Shown here in pieces: positions 11,751 to 23,740 of a DNA stretch of 36,683 nt. Origin of the DNA: Sphaeroforma arctica JP610 (taxonomy: Eukaryota); the NCBI RefSeq assembly GCF_001186125.1, contig NW_014040371.1, forward strand, positions 64,708 through 101,390. Direction: 5' to 3'. The first letter of the stretch is position 1, and every line of letters starts with the position of its first letter. Both the position numbers and the translations under genes were made by a program. The notes below the pieces were generated by a model. It was not told the DNA's origin and searched no databases. It saw only the letters and a list, made by a program, of their open reading frames with translations.

Positions 11751-13625
11751 TTAGACAACACTTAAAAGGTCCTCCTTGCTTGCGTTCGCATGACCGATTT
11801 TCTCAGTTGGTTTCATGTCTGTTCGATTGTCCACTTCTTCATCATCTGATTCAATTTCTAGCTGATCATGCTTGCCGTTGCCTAATCTGTCCAACATTTT
11901 CTCATTGAGGGTCTTCTTGGGTGCCTCAGTAGCTTCCTTGACTGCTCTCCTCGCGTCCTTAGCAGCCGTTCTGGCCTCCATCTTAGAATGATACCTCTGC
12001 AACCATGCAGGCTCTGTGTGCATCCACTCTGGCATCCAATCGAAAGACAATAGCCAGCTTGGCAGCCATTCGGGTTTGTGCTTGCGCAGTTGAAAAACAA
12101 ACACAAAGAACACGATTATCAGGCAAATGGGCACTAATACGCCAACCATTACCTGCCAACCGGCTAATGATAGCCCAAGCAACCCCAATGGAATGAGGAA
12201 GAAGGCAACAATGATATAGAAAACGGCAAACCATCTGTGGTGGGCAGTGATATTTCCCATACCGCGAGCCATCGCCAAGGGGATGCTCCGCATAAAAGGA
12301 ATGGGATACCAAATGGCAATACCGAAAAGGTTGAAGTAGACGTGTGTAAAAGCCAGGACGAGTCCTGCTGAGACATCTGGGGACGACAGAGCTGACAACA
12401 TCCCAGTGATTGTCGTACCAATATTGGCTCCAAGTGTGACGGGGAACATTTTCTCCAGCTTCAAAGCACCTAGACCCACCAGGGGTGTGAGTGTTGAAGT
12501 GGTAATAGACGAAGACTGGACAAGCACCGTGAGAACAGCTCCCACGAGGATAAGTACGTAGCCTGACAACACGTCCCATCTACCGGGGAATGAGAGATTG
12601 ATAGCCTTAAACAGCACTTTAGATAGAGGACCGTTGAAGATGGATTGTAGAACCTTTACGAGTACATACAGACAAACCATCATTTGGATCAGGGCCCAAA
12701 AAAGCAGTGTGGCACCAACCGCCACATCTGACCAGCTATTCTCTTGAGGGCAATACACAAACCATGTGGAATCGTCCGGGCAGTACTTCCAGGACACCAT
12801 AGATTGACCTGATAGTGCGTCTACTTCCTCTTCAGTTGGTGCTGCGGCGATACTCTCGATAAGATTCTTGTTCACCCGGATAATTCGGTTGGTGACCGGT
12901 TTGGTGATCGTTTTAAGGAAATTCAGATCATCAGCTCCTTCGATAGTTCCCATAGATTCAACAGTGGATACTGAAATTTTCTCAAGCACTTGTGTGGCCG
13001 CCTCCAGGGGCAGCATGATCAATACTGACAAGAAATTAAACATATCATGGACAGTTGCACCAGCAAAAGCGCGTCTAAATTGATTCACCTCCCCAATCTG
13101 ACCCATAGAGACGATTGTGTTTGTAACAGATGTGCCGATGTTACATCCCATGATCATGTAAACAGCCTGGTCAACTTGCAAAAGACCAGATGCTGTCATA
13201 GAAATGATGATACTGGTCGAAGTACTGGAACTCTGCACGAGCACGGTGGTCAAGATACCGACTACAAGGCCGGCAATGGGATTATTGAATACGTCTGATT
13301 GGCGGAAAACCATACCAGCTTGTGTACCGCCCAGGACTTGGAAGGCTGATCCAAGTAGATCCAGAGAGATGATAAATACATACAGCGCGGTTAACACGAC
13401 AACTAGTTTCAAGAACATGTAAATTGACGTCCAAAGTTTTTGTTTGCCATTCATGTCTCCCAATTTCATGCCCGAATCAACGAAAACATGATTCCACACA
13501 TCCTCAGATACAACTACATTTCCTTTCGACGAGTCAGAATCCTCCTGCCCGACATGAACGGAATCGCCGGAGGCGATGCCAATGCTCACCTCTCCATCCT
13601 TCTTCTCATTTTGGTATTCGTTCAT
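11751..13625 (-). CDS. Sodium-dependent phosphate cotransporter, SLC34/NptA family, 624 aa, intronless
   Basis: Uninterrupted ORF with two QSSS repeats (LVQSSSTSTS, LVQSSSITTS), G.NIGTSVTNTIV, AFAGATVHDMFN, LGANIGTT and multiple hydrophobic segments. Confidence 0.95.
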   Translation of the reverse strand: MNEYQNEKKDGEVSIGIASGDSVHVGQEDSDSSKGNVVVSEDVWNHVFVDSGMKLGDMNGKQKLWTSIYMFLKLVVVLTALYVFIISLDLLGSAFQVLGGTQAGMVFRQSDVFNNPIAGLVVGILTTVLVQSSSTSTSIIISMTASGLLQVDQAVYMIMGCNIGTSVTNTIVSMGQIGEVNQFRRAFAGATVHDMFNFLSVLIMLPLEAATQVLEKISVSTVESMGTIEGADDLNFLKTITKPVTNRIIRVNKNLIESIAAAPTEEEVDALSGQSMVSWKYCPDDSTWFVYCPQENSWSDVAVGATLLFWALIQMMVCLYVLVKVLQSIFNGPLSKVLFKAINLSFPGRWDVLSGYVLILVGAVLTVLVQSSSITTSTLTPLVGLGALKLEKMFPVTLGANIGTTITGMLSALSSPDVSAGLVLAFTHVYFNLFGIAIWYPIPFMRSIPLAMARGMGNITAHHRWFAVFYIIVAFFLIPLGLLGLSLAGWQVMVGVLVPICLIIVFFVFVFQLRKHKPEWLPSWLLSFDWMPEWMHTEPAWLQRYHSKMEARTAAKDARRAVKEATEAPKKTLNEKMLDRLGNGKHDQLEIESDDEEVDNRTDMKPTEKIGHANASKEDLLSVV

Positions 13626-15515
13626 TTTGAAAGAGTTGGTGTTCTAATCTAAAAAATAGTTGAGAACTTGAGATGTATCTGTGATGAATATGACATTTAG
13701 TTGTATCATCGAAACGATTTTATACGTACATAAATCTTGAAAATTTGAGAAATCTTTTCTTGCTGACTGCTGTCCACACTCTCCATTCCACGTTGTCGTT
13801 TAGCCTCCTAAATGTAATTATTTTAGGATGCTATGCTCCACATTCCACACTCTACACTCTACACACCACACAGAAATACAAGAAAAGTCAAAAGCATACA
13901 CCTATTCGCATGTTATTTAACTGTGCACTGTACAGTGTACAGTGTACACAGTACAGTGTGAATGTATGTATAGAGTAAAAACTACAGAGTACAGAGTGAT
14001 ACAGACACTTCAAAACTTTTTTTTATAAAACAATAAACCTGAACCCTTGTAGGCTCATACATGCAACTCACGACTGACAAAATGTAAATAGAGGACTCAA
14101 CTCAACTCCGTGTCACTCCCACACGAGTAAAACAGATCATTTCAAATATTTATAATTTATTTCTGTGCATCAGTTTTCGTTTCCATAGAGCGTGTGGCCG
14201 TAATCAATTTCCATTGGTGTAGAAGAAATACCTCTCCACAACTCACAACTCACAGTCTTCACACAGACAGACTGATAGACTGTCAATTATAAAAGCTTTG
14301 AATAAGTGCTTTATTGTGGTGCCTGCTCAAGGCATTTAGACCAAGAAATATTTCATCCCGAACAATCGACATAATACTTGGTGGCCTGTTATGTACGCTT
14401 ATAGTATACCATTCACTTAACTGAAATGATTGGTGGGTGTTAGTCCAGCGTTATATCTAATTATACAGTTTTACCGTATATGCAAGATTTCTTTGTTAAA
14501 TGCATCCAACTATTCAAGTGCATAAAGAACTTCGTTTCAATTGTAATTTTCACTTGTACAGTAGTTGTTCTGAAGTCTGATTAAATAAAAACACTGTAAT
14601 AATAGAATAGTACTTCAACAATAAAATGATGAAAAACAACATTTGCCTTGTACTTTTTGACTTAACATATACCTATCTTTTGGTTGCTTCCTCGTAGATC
14701 ATTGATTGCTGTCTGCCTGACTTGAAAAAACTTTTCGATAGATGCCTTTTCATGAGTTTTCGCCCTTTGAATCGACTCTTGAATTCTTTTTTTTCGTCAT
14801 GAGTTTTCGACCTTTGAATTGACTTGTGAATACTAACATGAGTTTTTCGGTCTTTGAAATTAATTCTCGACCCTTGAACGTTGGGAATACTTGCCAATGC
14901 GAATACTTCCGGGTTTTAGATTATGAATGATCGAATATTTTCGCCTGCAAATACAATACTGTCTGAAAAGGTCTTTGTGAATTCTCGTGAGTTGGATCGC
15001 ATTTTGAATAGTCTGAGACTTAGAATATCAAGTCTTTTTCGACTTGGAATATCTCAAATTTGTTCAAGCGATTAGTATATGGTTTTCATAATGTGTTAAC
15101 GTCTTTAAGACTTTAAGATAGGAGGTATATGATTTTTACACTGTATACTTATTTCTGTACTCTCCGATTCTTGTATTATTTTCATATTACTTACCTTTTA
15201 CACTTGTGCTTATATTATTTTCTTATTGCTTGTCTTTTACACTTGTGTTTGTATTTATATAGCGCTTTTCTATTGTCAATAGACACACAGACTTCACTTT
15301 TATAATGGGCATCCCCAAAAAAAGTGGAATGACCATAGTATTTGTAATAGGAGCAATCTGTGCTATATCATCGGAGCATAATCGTAACTGTTTCATTCAT
15401 ATCGAATATATTAAATGCTCTTTAATGTACGGCTTGATATATTTACACTTGTGTTTACTATACAGTGGTTGCCGGTTGTATATGTCTCCAATAGGCCAGA
15501 CATCTTGCTCATTAT

Positions 15516-16771
15516 TTAGTCTCGAGCGTATACAAACTTTTTCTGGTCTAAGGGTTTTGTAAGCATATCGCTTAAAATGTGTGTTGTTGGTGTGTATAGA
15601 AGTCGGATTTCGCCTGTGACTATTTGTATGTGGCGTGTGCGCACTGAGGACTTTGAATTCTCACTTATCTTGATCGATGACTTGTTGTCTTGTTCGATGA
15701 TCGTAGGCTGTGCTTTCGGTAGACCAATTCCTTCAAGCAAGTGCCGTGTCCATACTGCGTCTCGTGTTGTATCTGAGCATGCGACATATTCTGCTTCGGC
15801 TGTCGAAAGTGTTGTTGTCTTCTGTAAGTTCGTCCCCCATAAAAGGGGTCCACCTGCTATCATACCAATCTTTCCTGTAGTAGATTTTGTGTTTTCTGAG
15901 TTTGAACAGTAGTCACTGTCAGCTGAAAAAAATAGGTGTGAAGGGTATATCCTTACTGTGCGTGATGCCCAAATCCCGTGTTCTTGACAAGTATCGTAAA
16001 ACTCGCTTGGCGGCTTGTAAGTGGCGTTCCATCGGTGCGACTAAATGACGTCCCAGTAGGTTCACAGAAAAGGATATGTCCGGTCTTGTGCCATCCGCCA
16101 AGTATCGTAAGCATCCTACAATATATTGAGAAGCTTTGATGTCAGTAGGTGTATCTTTGTCCGTAGCAATGTAACCGGTTTCAATGCAAGGGACCCGAGA
16201 TGTAATGCATTCTAGTAAGTCAAATTCTTCAAGTAGATCCATTGTGTATTGGCCCTGGTGTATGCTGACTTTGCCCGGTGTGTCTAGATTGATTTTGAGT
16301 TTGAGAAACCAGCTAGGCTCGCCCATATCTGTAGTGTTCCATTGTGTCTTCATTGCCTGAGTTCTTGCATCCGGATCTGCTATCGATTGACACATCACAA
16401 TTTTGTCGCCCACATGTACAAATAGTAAACATAGTAAATATAGTTGTCCGGCTGAAGTTCGTTTGACAAATAAAGTTTTGTCCTCATATAGTGGAATGTA
16501 ACCTTGCTTGATACAAAGCACCTTGATTTGTTGATACCAGAGCTCGCCGGATTGAGGTAAACCAAATAGAGCCTTTGATACTTTGCACACGACGGTCTTG
16601 TCTCCTTTTAGTGATCGTGTCAGTAATGCCTGTTGAGTAGGAGAAAAATGTTGATTTAGTAGATGATATCCTCTGGGTACACGCATATATATTGGCTCCT
16701 CGGGGTCGCTATTCAGGTAAGCATTCGGTGTGTCGTAATGGCGGACGGTCATGTTCGTGTGGGTTAGCAGT
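15516..16771 (-). pseudogene. Copia RT (C-terminal part) and RNase H
   Basis: ORFs 15919-16791 and 15516-15863 carry RVT_2 and Ty1 RNase H motifs; there is a frameshift near 15915. Confidence 0.9.
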
Positions 16772-17535
16772 TGTAATAGACGGGCCTCCACCTCTATGTA
16801 ATAAACGTACTCTTAAGCAGAATGTAAACTATAAACGTACTCTTAATAGTACGAGGAACTTAAGTTTCCTAAATGGTTTTTATCGGGTGTATTATTTAAT
16901 AACTTTTCCATTTTACATATCATATATTTGGACAAGGCCATTAAAAAGGCCCAAGTAAAATACCAAACATAAGATTTCGTCTAGTTCTATTAATAGAACT
17001 ATATTTACTTTACAAATTTATTTATATCTGAATACTTCGGTAGCCAGATGGCTCAACCGAAGATAGGTTTCTAGGGACTATTAACGTTACCTAGTTTATC
17101 CTCCGTTCAGTCAACCAGATGTGCCAGTCTGATGAAGGCTAAGTCGATAATTCTTGATAAGTGGCAAGTTATTGGTCAATGCAATAACTAAGGACATCAA
17201 GAGTTTTTTTTCTTTTTTTTCTTTTCTTTTTTTTTTAAGATATGATTCTATGAGTCTATCAGATTCGCCCCAATGAAACATACCATAGTTTCTAATAGAG
17301 CGATAACGAAACACTAAATAAAATCCCTTCGGCGGAAACAGTACTGAGAGGATTATATATAGGCAATGTCTCAGCCTCAAAATCCCTCAGAGTATTGCTG
17401 TTTTCACGAGGCATACCTAACTTCACTAAAAGACTCATTTCGTTTATTTACTTTGAATTTCACAATACTTGGACTTTACCTACGCGTTTAATTACTCTAA
17501 GGCGTTAATATCGCCTTGATAGACCGAATCTTACA
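16772..17535 (+). mobile_element. Solo LTR (764 bp) of the methyltransferase-carrying gypsy family
   Basis: TGTAA...TTACA termini; 4-bp TSD CAGT at 16768-16771 and 17536-17539; homologous to the LTR at 24055-24822. Its removal restores the copia RT reading frame (RICMAL|LTHTNM). Confidence 0.93.
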
Positions 17536-20500
17536 CAGTGCCATACATATTCTAAATGTATCTTTGTTGACCACTGGGGCATGGCTTCGAGTATAGTCAA
17601 TTCCTTCAACGGCGGACCAGGCATCGATGGACAATCAGCTCTTCAGTCTGACTACAATGCCTTTGTCGTTCTTTTTCTCAACAAAGACCCATTTCGGACT
17701 GAAAATTGTCTTGTAAGGTGGCTTGCTGTCAACCAGGGTGAGTGTTGGCTTGGTGATGACAAGTGCGGTCAACTCTTGATTGATACTGGATAGCCATGAA
17801 TCTTAATTCGAAAATTTTGCAATATCTGAATGTGTAACGCGATTCTTTGGTGTGCTGGCGAGGTGTTTTTCTGAAAATATAAACAGATACTCATGTTCTG
17901 TCATCAATCGTACGCTGAGTAATGGAATCGTGAATGTCTCATCCAGTAGGGCTATTCCAAGATCGAAGAATTCGGCAGAGCAAGTTGGTGTAATACAGGT
18001 CTCATCAGCATTTTTCACTGTATAAGTATTGTTGGCGGTTGTCGGTAAATTTAGTGCGACTGTCTTTTAAGAATATGGCAATATATGCTTGGTCGCACAT
18101 GAATCGACGGCGAGTCAATATCCTTCTGGACCTCTCATTTGAGGCAGTCTTGGGTTGAATTCTGTGTCTACCTGGTTGGCATGAGCATTCACCATAAAAG
18201 CATTTACTGGTTGTTGGGACCTTGTATGTGTACTGCTTGGTTTTTGTGTATGCGCGTATTCCGACCGTATCCAATTGACATATTGTTGTTGTTGTACTGC
18301 GGCATCTTTCTGGTCAAATTTAGCTTGCAGTCTTATTAGCAAACTGTCTGCAAAATTAGGATTAGCAATTGCAGAATTAGCGTGTTGTTGTCGGTTTCTT
18401 AATCCATAATTTTTGTATCCTCCTCGTCCTCGATTTCCAAATCGTCTGTTGAATCCTCCGCGTTAGTTTTGGTCGGGTGTCCAGTATGGCTGAGTCCTCT
18501 AGCTGTTACTATTAGAACCGCAGCCTTGTCCTAAATTTGGAAATTGCCTCGTCCGAAAAATCTTCCTCGACTGTGGTAGCCTCTTCGGCCTGTTAATCTC
18601 CCTCGGCCTCTCGGATTGAATTTTTGTCTGAATTATGGCAATCAACAATTTTGTGCGATGTGTCCATAAATTTTGCATTTGTGACATTTTCTGTTAGTAG
18701 TGGCAGTAAAGACAGCGCCCGAAGTCGATGTTGCATTGGTGTTCAGAACACGGGCTTCAATTTCCAATGCAGTCTGTTGTGCATATGCTAAGGCAGCTCC
18801 GTAGCTTAGTACCATAGCACTGTCGGTAAGCAGGTGAGTTACTATAGAGATTTAATTTGTATGTAGAGCACCGGTTAAAAATATGATCTTCTCGGTGTCG
18901 TTAAGTACGAAATTCATATTGAAGGCCTCAACAAATTTCGTGTTGAGTCTTAGAATAAACTTATCCATGTTCTCGTTGTCCTGTTGTCGTATTTACCCGA
19001 GTTCTTGTCTCATCCGTATCTTGTCTCCTTCTCCGACGTGACCATAATTATGGTATAGCTTTGTAAATATTATTTTTTCGGAGTCATAGTTGCACCGAGA
19101 GTAGCCATTATGTCTGGCGATACAGAATTGATTATGTAGTATTGACCCTCTCCAATTTCTTCATCTTTCTAGGCTCGTTCATAATTGGTGTTGGTGGCGG
19201 GCTTCATTGCGTGGTGTATTATATCACATATATCTTCGGCTCGTAAAATGACAGTGAGTAAAATGACAGTGAATATACATACTTATATATATATATAGTT
19301 GTATACGTATATTATGTTAATTGTATTGATGATTAACTCATAGTATTTTTATTAATAGTTTTATTGATTAACGCATAGTATTTTAATTAATAGTATTGAT
19401 TATGATGATTATATTGATTGTGAGGCCCAGGATAGTAAGGACGTGGCCCAATATGGTGCGGTCTCTGCGCCTGGCTTGCGAGTTGATATCACTCATACCA
19501 GGTATGTGTGCGGGTGTTGAATGTATCTGTGCCGTTGAGTGTTGAAAGGGATTTTGTGGTGCTAACAATTGTGTAAGTGATGGGAGTGCCTGAGCCTTAG
19601 TATTCCTTCTTTTTGCTTTCTGTTTCGCTTTAGGTGTCGTTCTCTTGTTGCGTGCTTTTGACGTTTTGCTTGCTGGGGTTGCTGGGGTTGCTGATAACGT
19701 CTCCACATCTCCCTCAGGCTCAGGGACTGTTTTGGTCGGCTTAGGCTCGCTGCAAACTACTGTTTTGGTCGGCTCAGACTCGCTGGACACTACTGTTTTG
19801 GTCGGCTCAGGCTCTGTTTTGGGGCGGCTCAGGCTCTGCTCTTTTGTCAGCCGGTACTGTTTCTACCGGCTCAGACACAGGCTCAACAATTGCTGATTCT
19901 GTAACTGGTATGTCAACATCTGCTTGTGGCTCTATTTCCTTCTCGTTGTCTGTTATCTTTCCGTCGTTGTTGGACTCGTATTGTATATTGCTGTCCGAAT
20001 CCGATGTATCTTTGGTTTTCACAGGCTCCTCCACATCCGTATCATCACTTTGACAGCTATCAAAGTCTGTTGGTGCACAATTTATCAGTATCACTTTGTC
20101 CGTGGGGAACATCTTCACTGCTATAGGATCTTTATAGGCATGTCCGATACGCTTCCATAGGCTGTCATCTATTTTTACCATCTCGTACGTATTATCTCTG
20201 TACCTCTTGTTCTCATCACACGGAATTAGTCTAGCGTGATACTCTTTCCTGGCACGCCAGCCAATCTCATCTATAATAGCATACTATATGGTTTCACCCG
20301 ACGTGATTTGCATACTATATGGATAATTTTATTTTTTTCAAAAATGGCAAGTATGTATGATACAATGTATGAACATATGGAATGGCTCCCATAGTCGCTG
20401 TAGTGGTTCAGGAAAGATTGATGGGAAGAAGTGGTCAGTAAATTCCCGTTTGAAGCTTGGGCCAAGTGAGTCGACAATGGAAGATATGTGCCGAGTCAAT

Positions 20501-21389
20501 TCGGGCCGTTGTTGACAAAATACTGTTACTATCGAATGTTCCATATATTCGCTTGCTGACCTGCTATGTAGAGTACCCACCTCTGTGGTACGGATCAGGT
20601 CTGCGCCGTGTAGTGGCGCGGAATGGGTTAGTGCAGAGTATGAAATACCGAGAAGGACCAGGTTATCCGTCATAATCCGGTCGAGAAGCGAGGATGGGGG
20701 TAAGCCAATGCCGCACCAGACCACGGATGAATTCGATACTATAGCGACATATTAAGTATAAATACTTCTTCTCCATAAACGTTTGGTTCTTGATGGTGAT
20801 TCTTCGCATTTTGCGCTCTCGTTCTTGAACCCAGGGGAGGACTTCTTGTATAGGTTGAAGAGATATTCCAGATGTATTGATTTTGTCCAACCAAGCATTG
20901 TACATGTCAGTATTAATATCATTCCAATCAATAGTGACAGTAGTATTTGAATGCCACGTACCACACTCTTTAGGCATTCCTTCCGTGGCCATTAAGTAGC
21001 TCTTTAGATATGCCATTTGAGATCCAGTAGTTGTGACCATAAGATTTTATTTCTTACTCGGCTCTTCTACTTCGACCTCCGCATCGTAATCTAATTACAA
21101 ATCCAACTCACCAATACCATCTACTTTCTCGGCGTCTACAATATCTTGTTCGCATTGACGAGAATACTTGCTAGCCGCGGTGGGTGAATAGTAATGCTTC
21201 CGTATGTTACCAAGCCGGGTTCTTGTCTTTGTCACTTTATTTTTATAAAACTTAATCTCCCTTTCAGCCATACCGGAACAGGCTGTTTGCGAAATAATGA
21301 ATATTGTAATAGCCCGGCCTCCACATTAGACTCTATGTTATAAACGTACTCTTAAGCAGTACGTAAATTATAAATGTACTCTTAATAGC

Positions 21390-21701
21390 AAACCTAGATA
21401 TATACAATTCTTTAGTCTAGCAATGAATGCTTCACAGTTGAATTACCCAAGGGTTAAACAAGAGCTATTAGCCATAGTGGCAGCTCTAACACACTTCCGT
21501 GATTTCTTATACGGAACAGCATTTACGCTGATGTGTGATCAGAAATCACTTCAATATATGAAAGAGATGAAACCCGATTCACAAATACTGAGTCGCTGGC
21601 ATGATACAATATCAAAGTTTCATTTTGATGTAAAACATCTGCCAGGAATACATATCGATTTACCGGATATGCTATCACGCTTCGTAATTACTAGCCACTG
21701 A
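21390..21701 (+). pseudogene. Ty3/gypsy RNase H
   Basis: QFFS..MNASQLNY...ELLAIVAALTHFRDFLYG..F.LMCDQKSL...RW..ISKFHFDVKHLPG...DMLSR. Confidence 0.92.
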
Positions 21702-22191
21702 CTGGAAATGGAATCCTAGGTGGTTTGAACTGGCTCAAAAAATATTTGGGCCACATACCATAGATATGTTTGCTGCACATCATAATGCACAACTATCGAA
21801 CTACAGGACTTTAAATCATCCTGTGGGAGACACCTTTCAAATAGACCTCTCCAAACATAATGCGTGGGCTAATCCACCATGGCAGTTAATTGCCCAGCTA
21901 TTAAATTATGTTCATATACATAAAGCTACCATCACGTTGTGCTGCCCATTACGGAGTAAAGATCCATGGCTCAGTAAATTAATAGGCATGATACAATGCG
22001 AGCCAATATATTTAGATTGGGAAGTAGATACTTTCCTATATCAGGATAGCCGAGCCGTTCAGAAGACGCCCTGGAGACATACTATAATATGTCGTATAGG
22101 TCCCATTGGAACAACCAAATGGACCCCTTCTGAGACCTTCCTTAACAAGGTCAAAGAATTTCCACTCTCTACCCAATTGAACGTTAAGTAG
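21691..22191 (+). CDS. DNA N6-adenine methyltransferase domain (Dam/DIRS-MT-like) within gypsy pol
   Basis: TDWKWNPRWFELAQKIFGPHTIDMFAAHHNAQL (SAM-binding D.FA motif), DTFQIDLS..NAWANPPWQLI (catalytic NPPW), ..TLCCP...PW. Separated from RNase H by a 1-nt frameshift. Confidence 0.88.
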   Translation, partial: LATDWKWNPRWFELAQKIFGPHTIDMFAAHHNAQLSNYRTLNHPVGDTFQIDLSKHNAWANPPWQLIAQLLNYVHIHKATITLCCPLRSKDPWLSKLIGMIQCEPIYLDWEVDTFLYQDSRAVQKTPWRHTIICRIGPIGTTKWTPSETFLNKVKEFPLSTQLNVK

Positions 22192-22343
22192 TTCAAAGGC
22201 AACACAGCACTTGAAGTCTGTGGACAAGAAATACAATCTACTAATGACACTACTGTTAAGAAGCGTCAGTCTCTAGCTAGGACTCTGTTTAATAACATAA
22301 AGTCCAAGCCCGAGGTCTTTCATCCCTATTTCTAAAAGAGTTA

Positions 22344-23333
22344 ATGAAAGACAATCCTGAAGCGTATACACATATAATGCGACTATTTAATAAGTCAGGT
22401 GTATCTAACGCACATGAGCGCACTAATGACACTCATGCAAAAGCAAAACAGGCGTCTGGAAACACTACAGACTTAGAAATCACGCAAGTGGACTCTCAAT
22501 ACCCTACCTTTATTCTGGAGGAGCAGAATGATAAAAACATTCTTGCTTGGCTGACGCAAAATCATAAGCTGAAGCACCAGAACGTAGTAGACGCACTTAA
22601 AGAAGCTAAGCGAAATGAGATCGCGCATCCTAAGCTGGCAACTTTAGTTGACAGAGTATATCAGTCATGTACAGACTGTGATCTCAATCAGATCAAGCGC
22701 TATGAGTGCGCACCGCTTAAGAGCGTGACTGAAGATGTTCCATGGCGCAGGGTCATAATTGATCTGGTTGACCTGCCCACGTCCGAGCACACAGGCGACA
22801 GTTACGTATGCCACTTCTTTAATGTGGCGTCACGGTTTAACTTGCTATATCCATTAAAGGATAAGAATACGCAGACCGTGGCAGAATTATGTTTCCAAGT
22901 CCTTGTTGACCACGGGTGGCCGGGTATTATGTGCACTGATAACGGTAGTGATTTCTGCGATGACGTTATGGAATCGCTAGTACTTGTATCAGGCATATGC
23001 CATAAGATAGGTATGCCATATAAGCCGCAAACGCAAGGCGCGAATGAAACGCGCCATAGAAGATATAAGTTCTTCTTGCTTACTGCATTAACGGATGATG
23101 CAGATGATTGGCCGTACCACCTTAAGTGGGTACAAACACAGATGAACGAGTGTGCTGATCCGGTTACAGGAACTACACCCGCTCACTATTTTCGTGGCAG
23201 ATATAGTGCGTTACAAATCCCCTTTAACAAGGACGAATCTGATCACCATGAGTTACCATGGTTAGAGAAGGTACAACGTATTTATATCGTTGTATATCCT
23301 TGCTTGCGAGAAATACGCAATATAGCCTTATAA
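22344..23333 (+). CDS. Retroviral-type DDE integrase (rve) with HHCC zinc finger
   Basis: HKLKH...CTDC; PWRRVIIDLVDLP (D), TDNGSDF (D), PYKPQTQGANE (E). Confidence 0.92.
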   Translation: MKDNPEAYTHIMRLFNKSGVSNAHERTNDTHAKAKQASGNTTDLEITQVDSQYPTFILEEQNDKNILAWLTQNHKLKHQNVVDALKEAKRNEIAHPKLATLVDRVYQSCTDCDLNQIKRYECAPLKSVTEDVPWRRVIIDLVDLPTSEHTGDSYVCHFFNVASRFNLLYPLKDKNTQTVAELCFQVLVDHGWPGIMCTDNGSDFCDDVMESLVLVSGICHKIGMPYKPQTQGANETRHRRYKFFLLTALTDDADDWPYHLKWVQTQMNECADPVTGTTPAHYFRGRYSALQIPFNKDESDHHELPWLEKVQRIYIVVYPCLREIRNIAL

Positions 23334-23740
23334 AAAAGGCAAAAGCGTTGGAACACTACCAAGAAGATAGCAGAGTATCAGGTCGGTGACAGAGTTAACA
23401 TCTAATTGGATAGGTCCATATATAATCTCTGTAGCAGACACTAAAAGTGGAACGTACGAGGTAAATAACCCCGATGGTTCTAGTGCGCGTAATATAGGCA
23501 CAAGTCGTATTCCGACTACAGAGATAATACTCACATGAAGACATGACTCTAATGCCCCTCTTGATCATTCTGAATTTAAAGACATCATATGGAGAACGGA
23601 TAAGGGAGGCTATACATACTATCGTACACGCTTTATAGACGGTACAATAGCTGAGTTGACTTCAGATGCTTTCGATAATCAAGACTATTTAAAAGCCTTT
23701 AATCGAAAATGGCGTAAACGCCTGCATGAGTCACAAGCTG
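23334..23740 (+). pseudogene. Integrase C-terminal GPY/F module and a degenerate chromodomain-like segment
   Basis: WIGPYIISV...GTYEV (~23408-23463), then EFKDIIWRTDKGGYTYYRTRFIDG...FDNQDYLKAF. Confidence 0.55.

Larger units (their letters stand above)
15516..19257 (-). mobile_element. Degenerate Ty1/copia LTR retrotransposon (gag, protease, RT, RNase H; integrase deleted), interrupted by a solo LTR
   Basis: gag with CCHC knuckle KCHKCKIYGHIAQNC (~18650-18695); protease LAVDSCATKH (~18085-18115); RT motifs KWVF, GIDY..HAPVV, D..NAYLN, KALFGLPQSGELW, HVGDK, TRPDISFSV; RNase H LSTAEAEY, EQDNKS, SDMLTKPL. Many stops and frameshifts. Confidence 0.9.

Noticed and set aside
13789..13794. CACGTT (Pho4-like box) upstream of the phosphate transporter
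   Set aside because: A single hexamer is expected by chance, and there is no evidence for this regulator in the host.
14673..15090. Lys/Arg-rich minus-strand ORF remnant and a possible copia 3' LTR near 15094-15480
   Set aside because: No recognisable motif, and there is no second LTR copy or TSD to confirm boundaries.
21691..22191. Reading the methyltransferase as a prokaryotic restriction-modification gene or an ordinary DIRS element
   Set aside because: It sits directly between a Ty3-type RNase H and a DDE integrase within LTRs; no tyrosine recombinase or restriction enzyme is visible.
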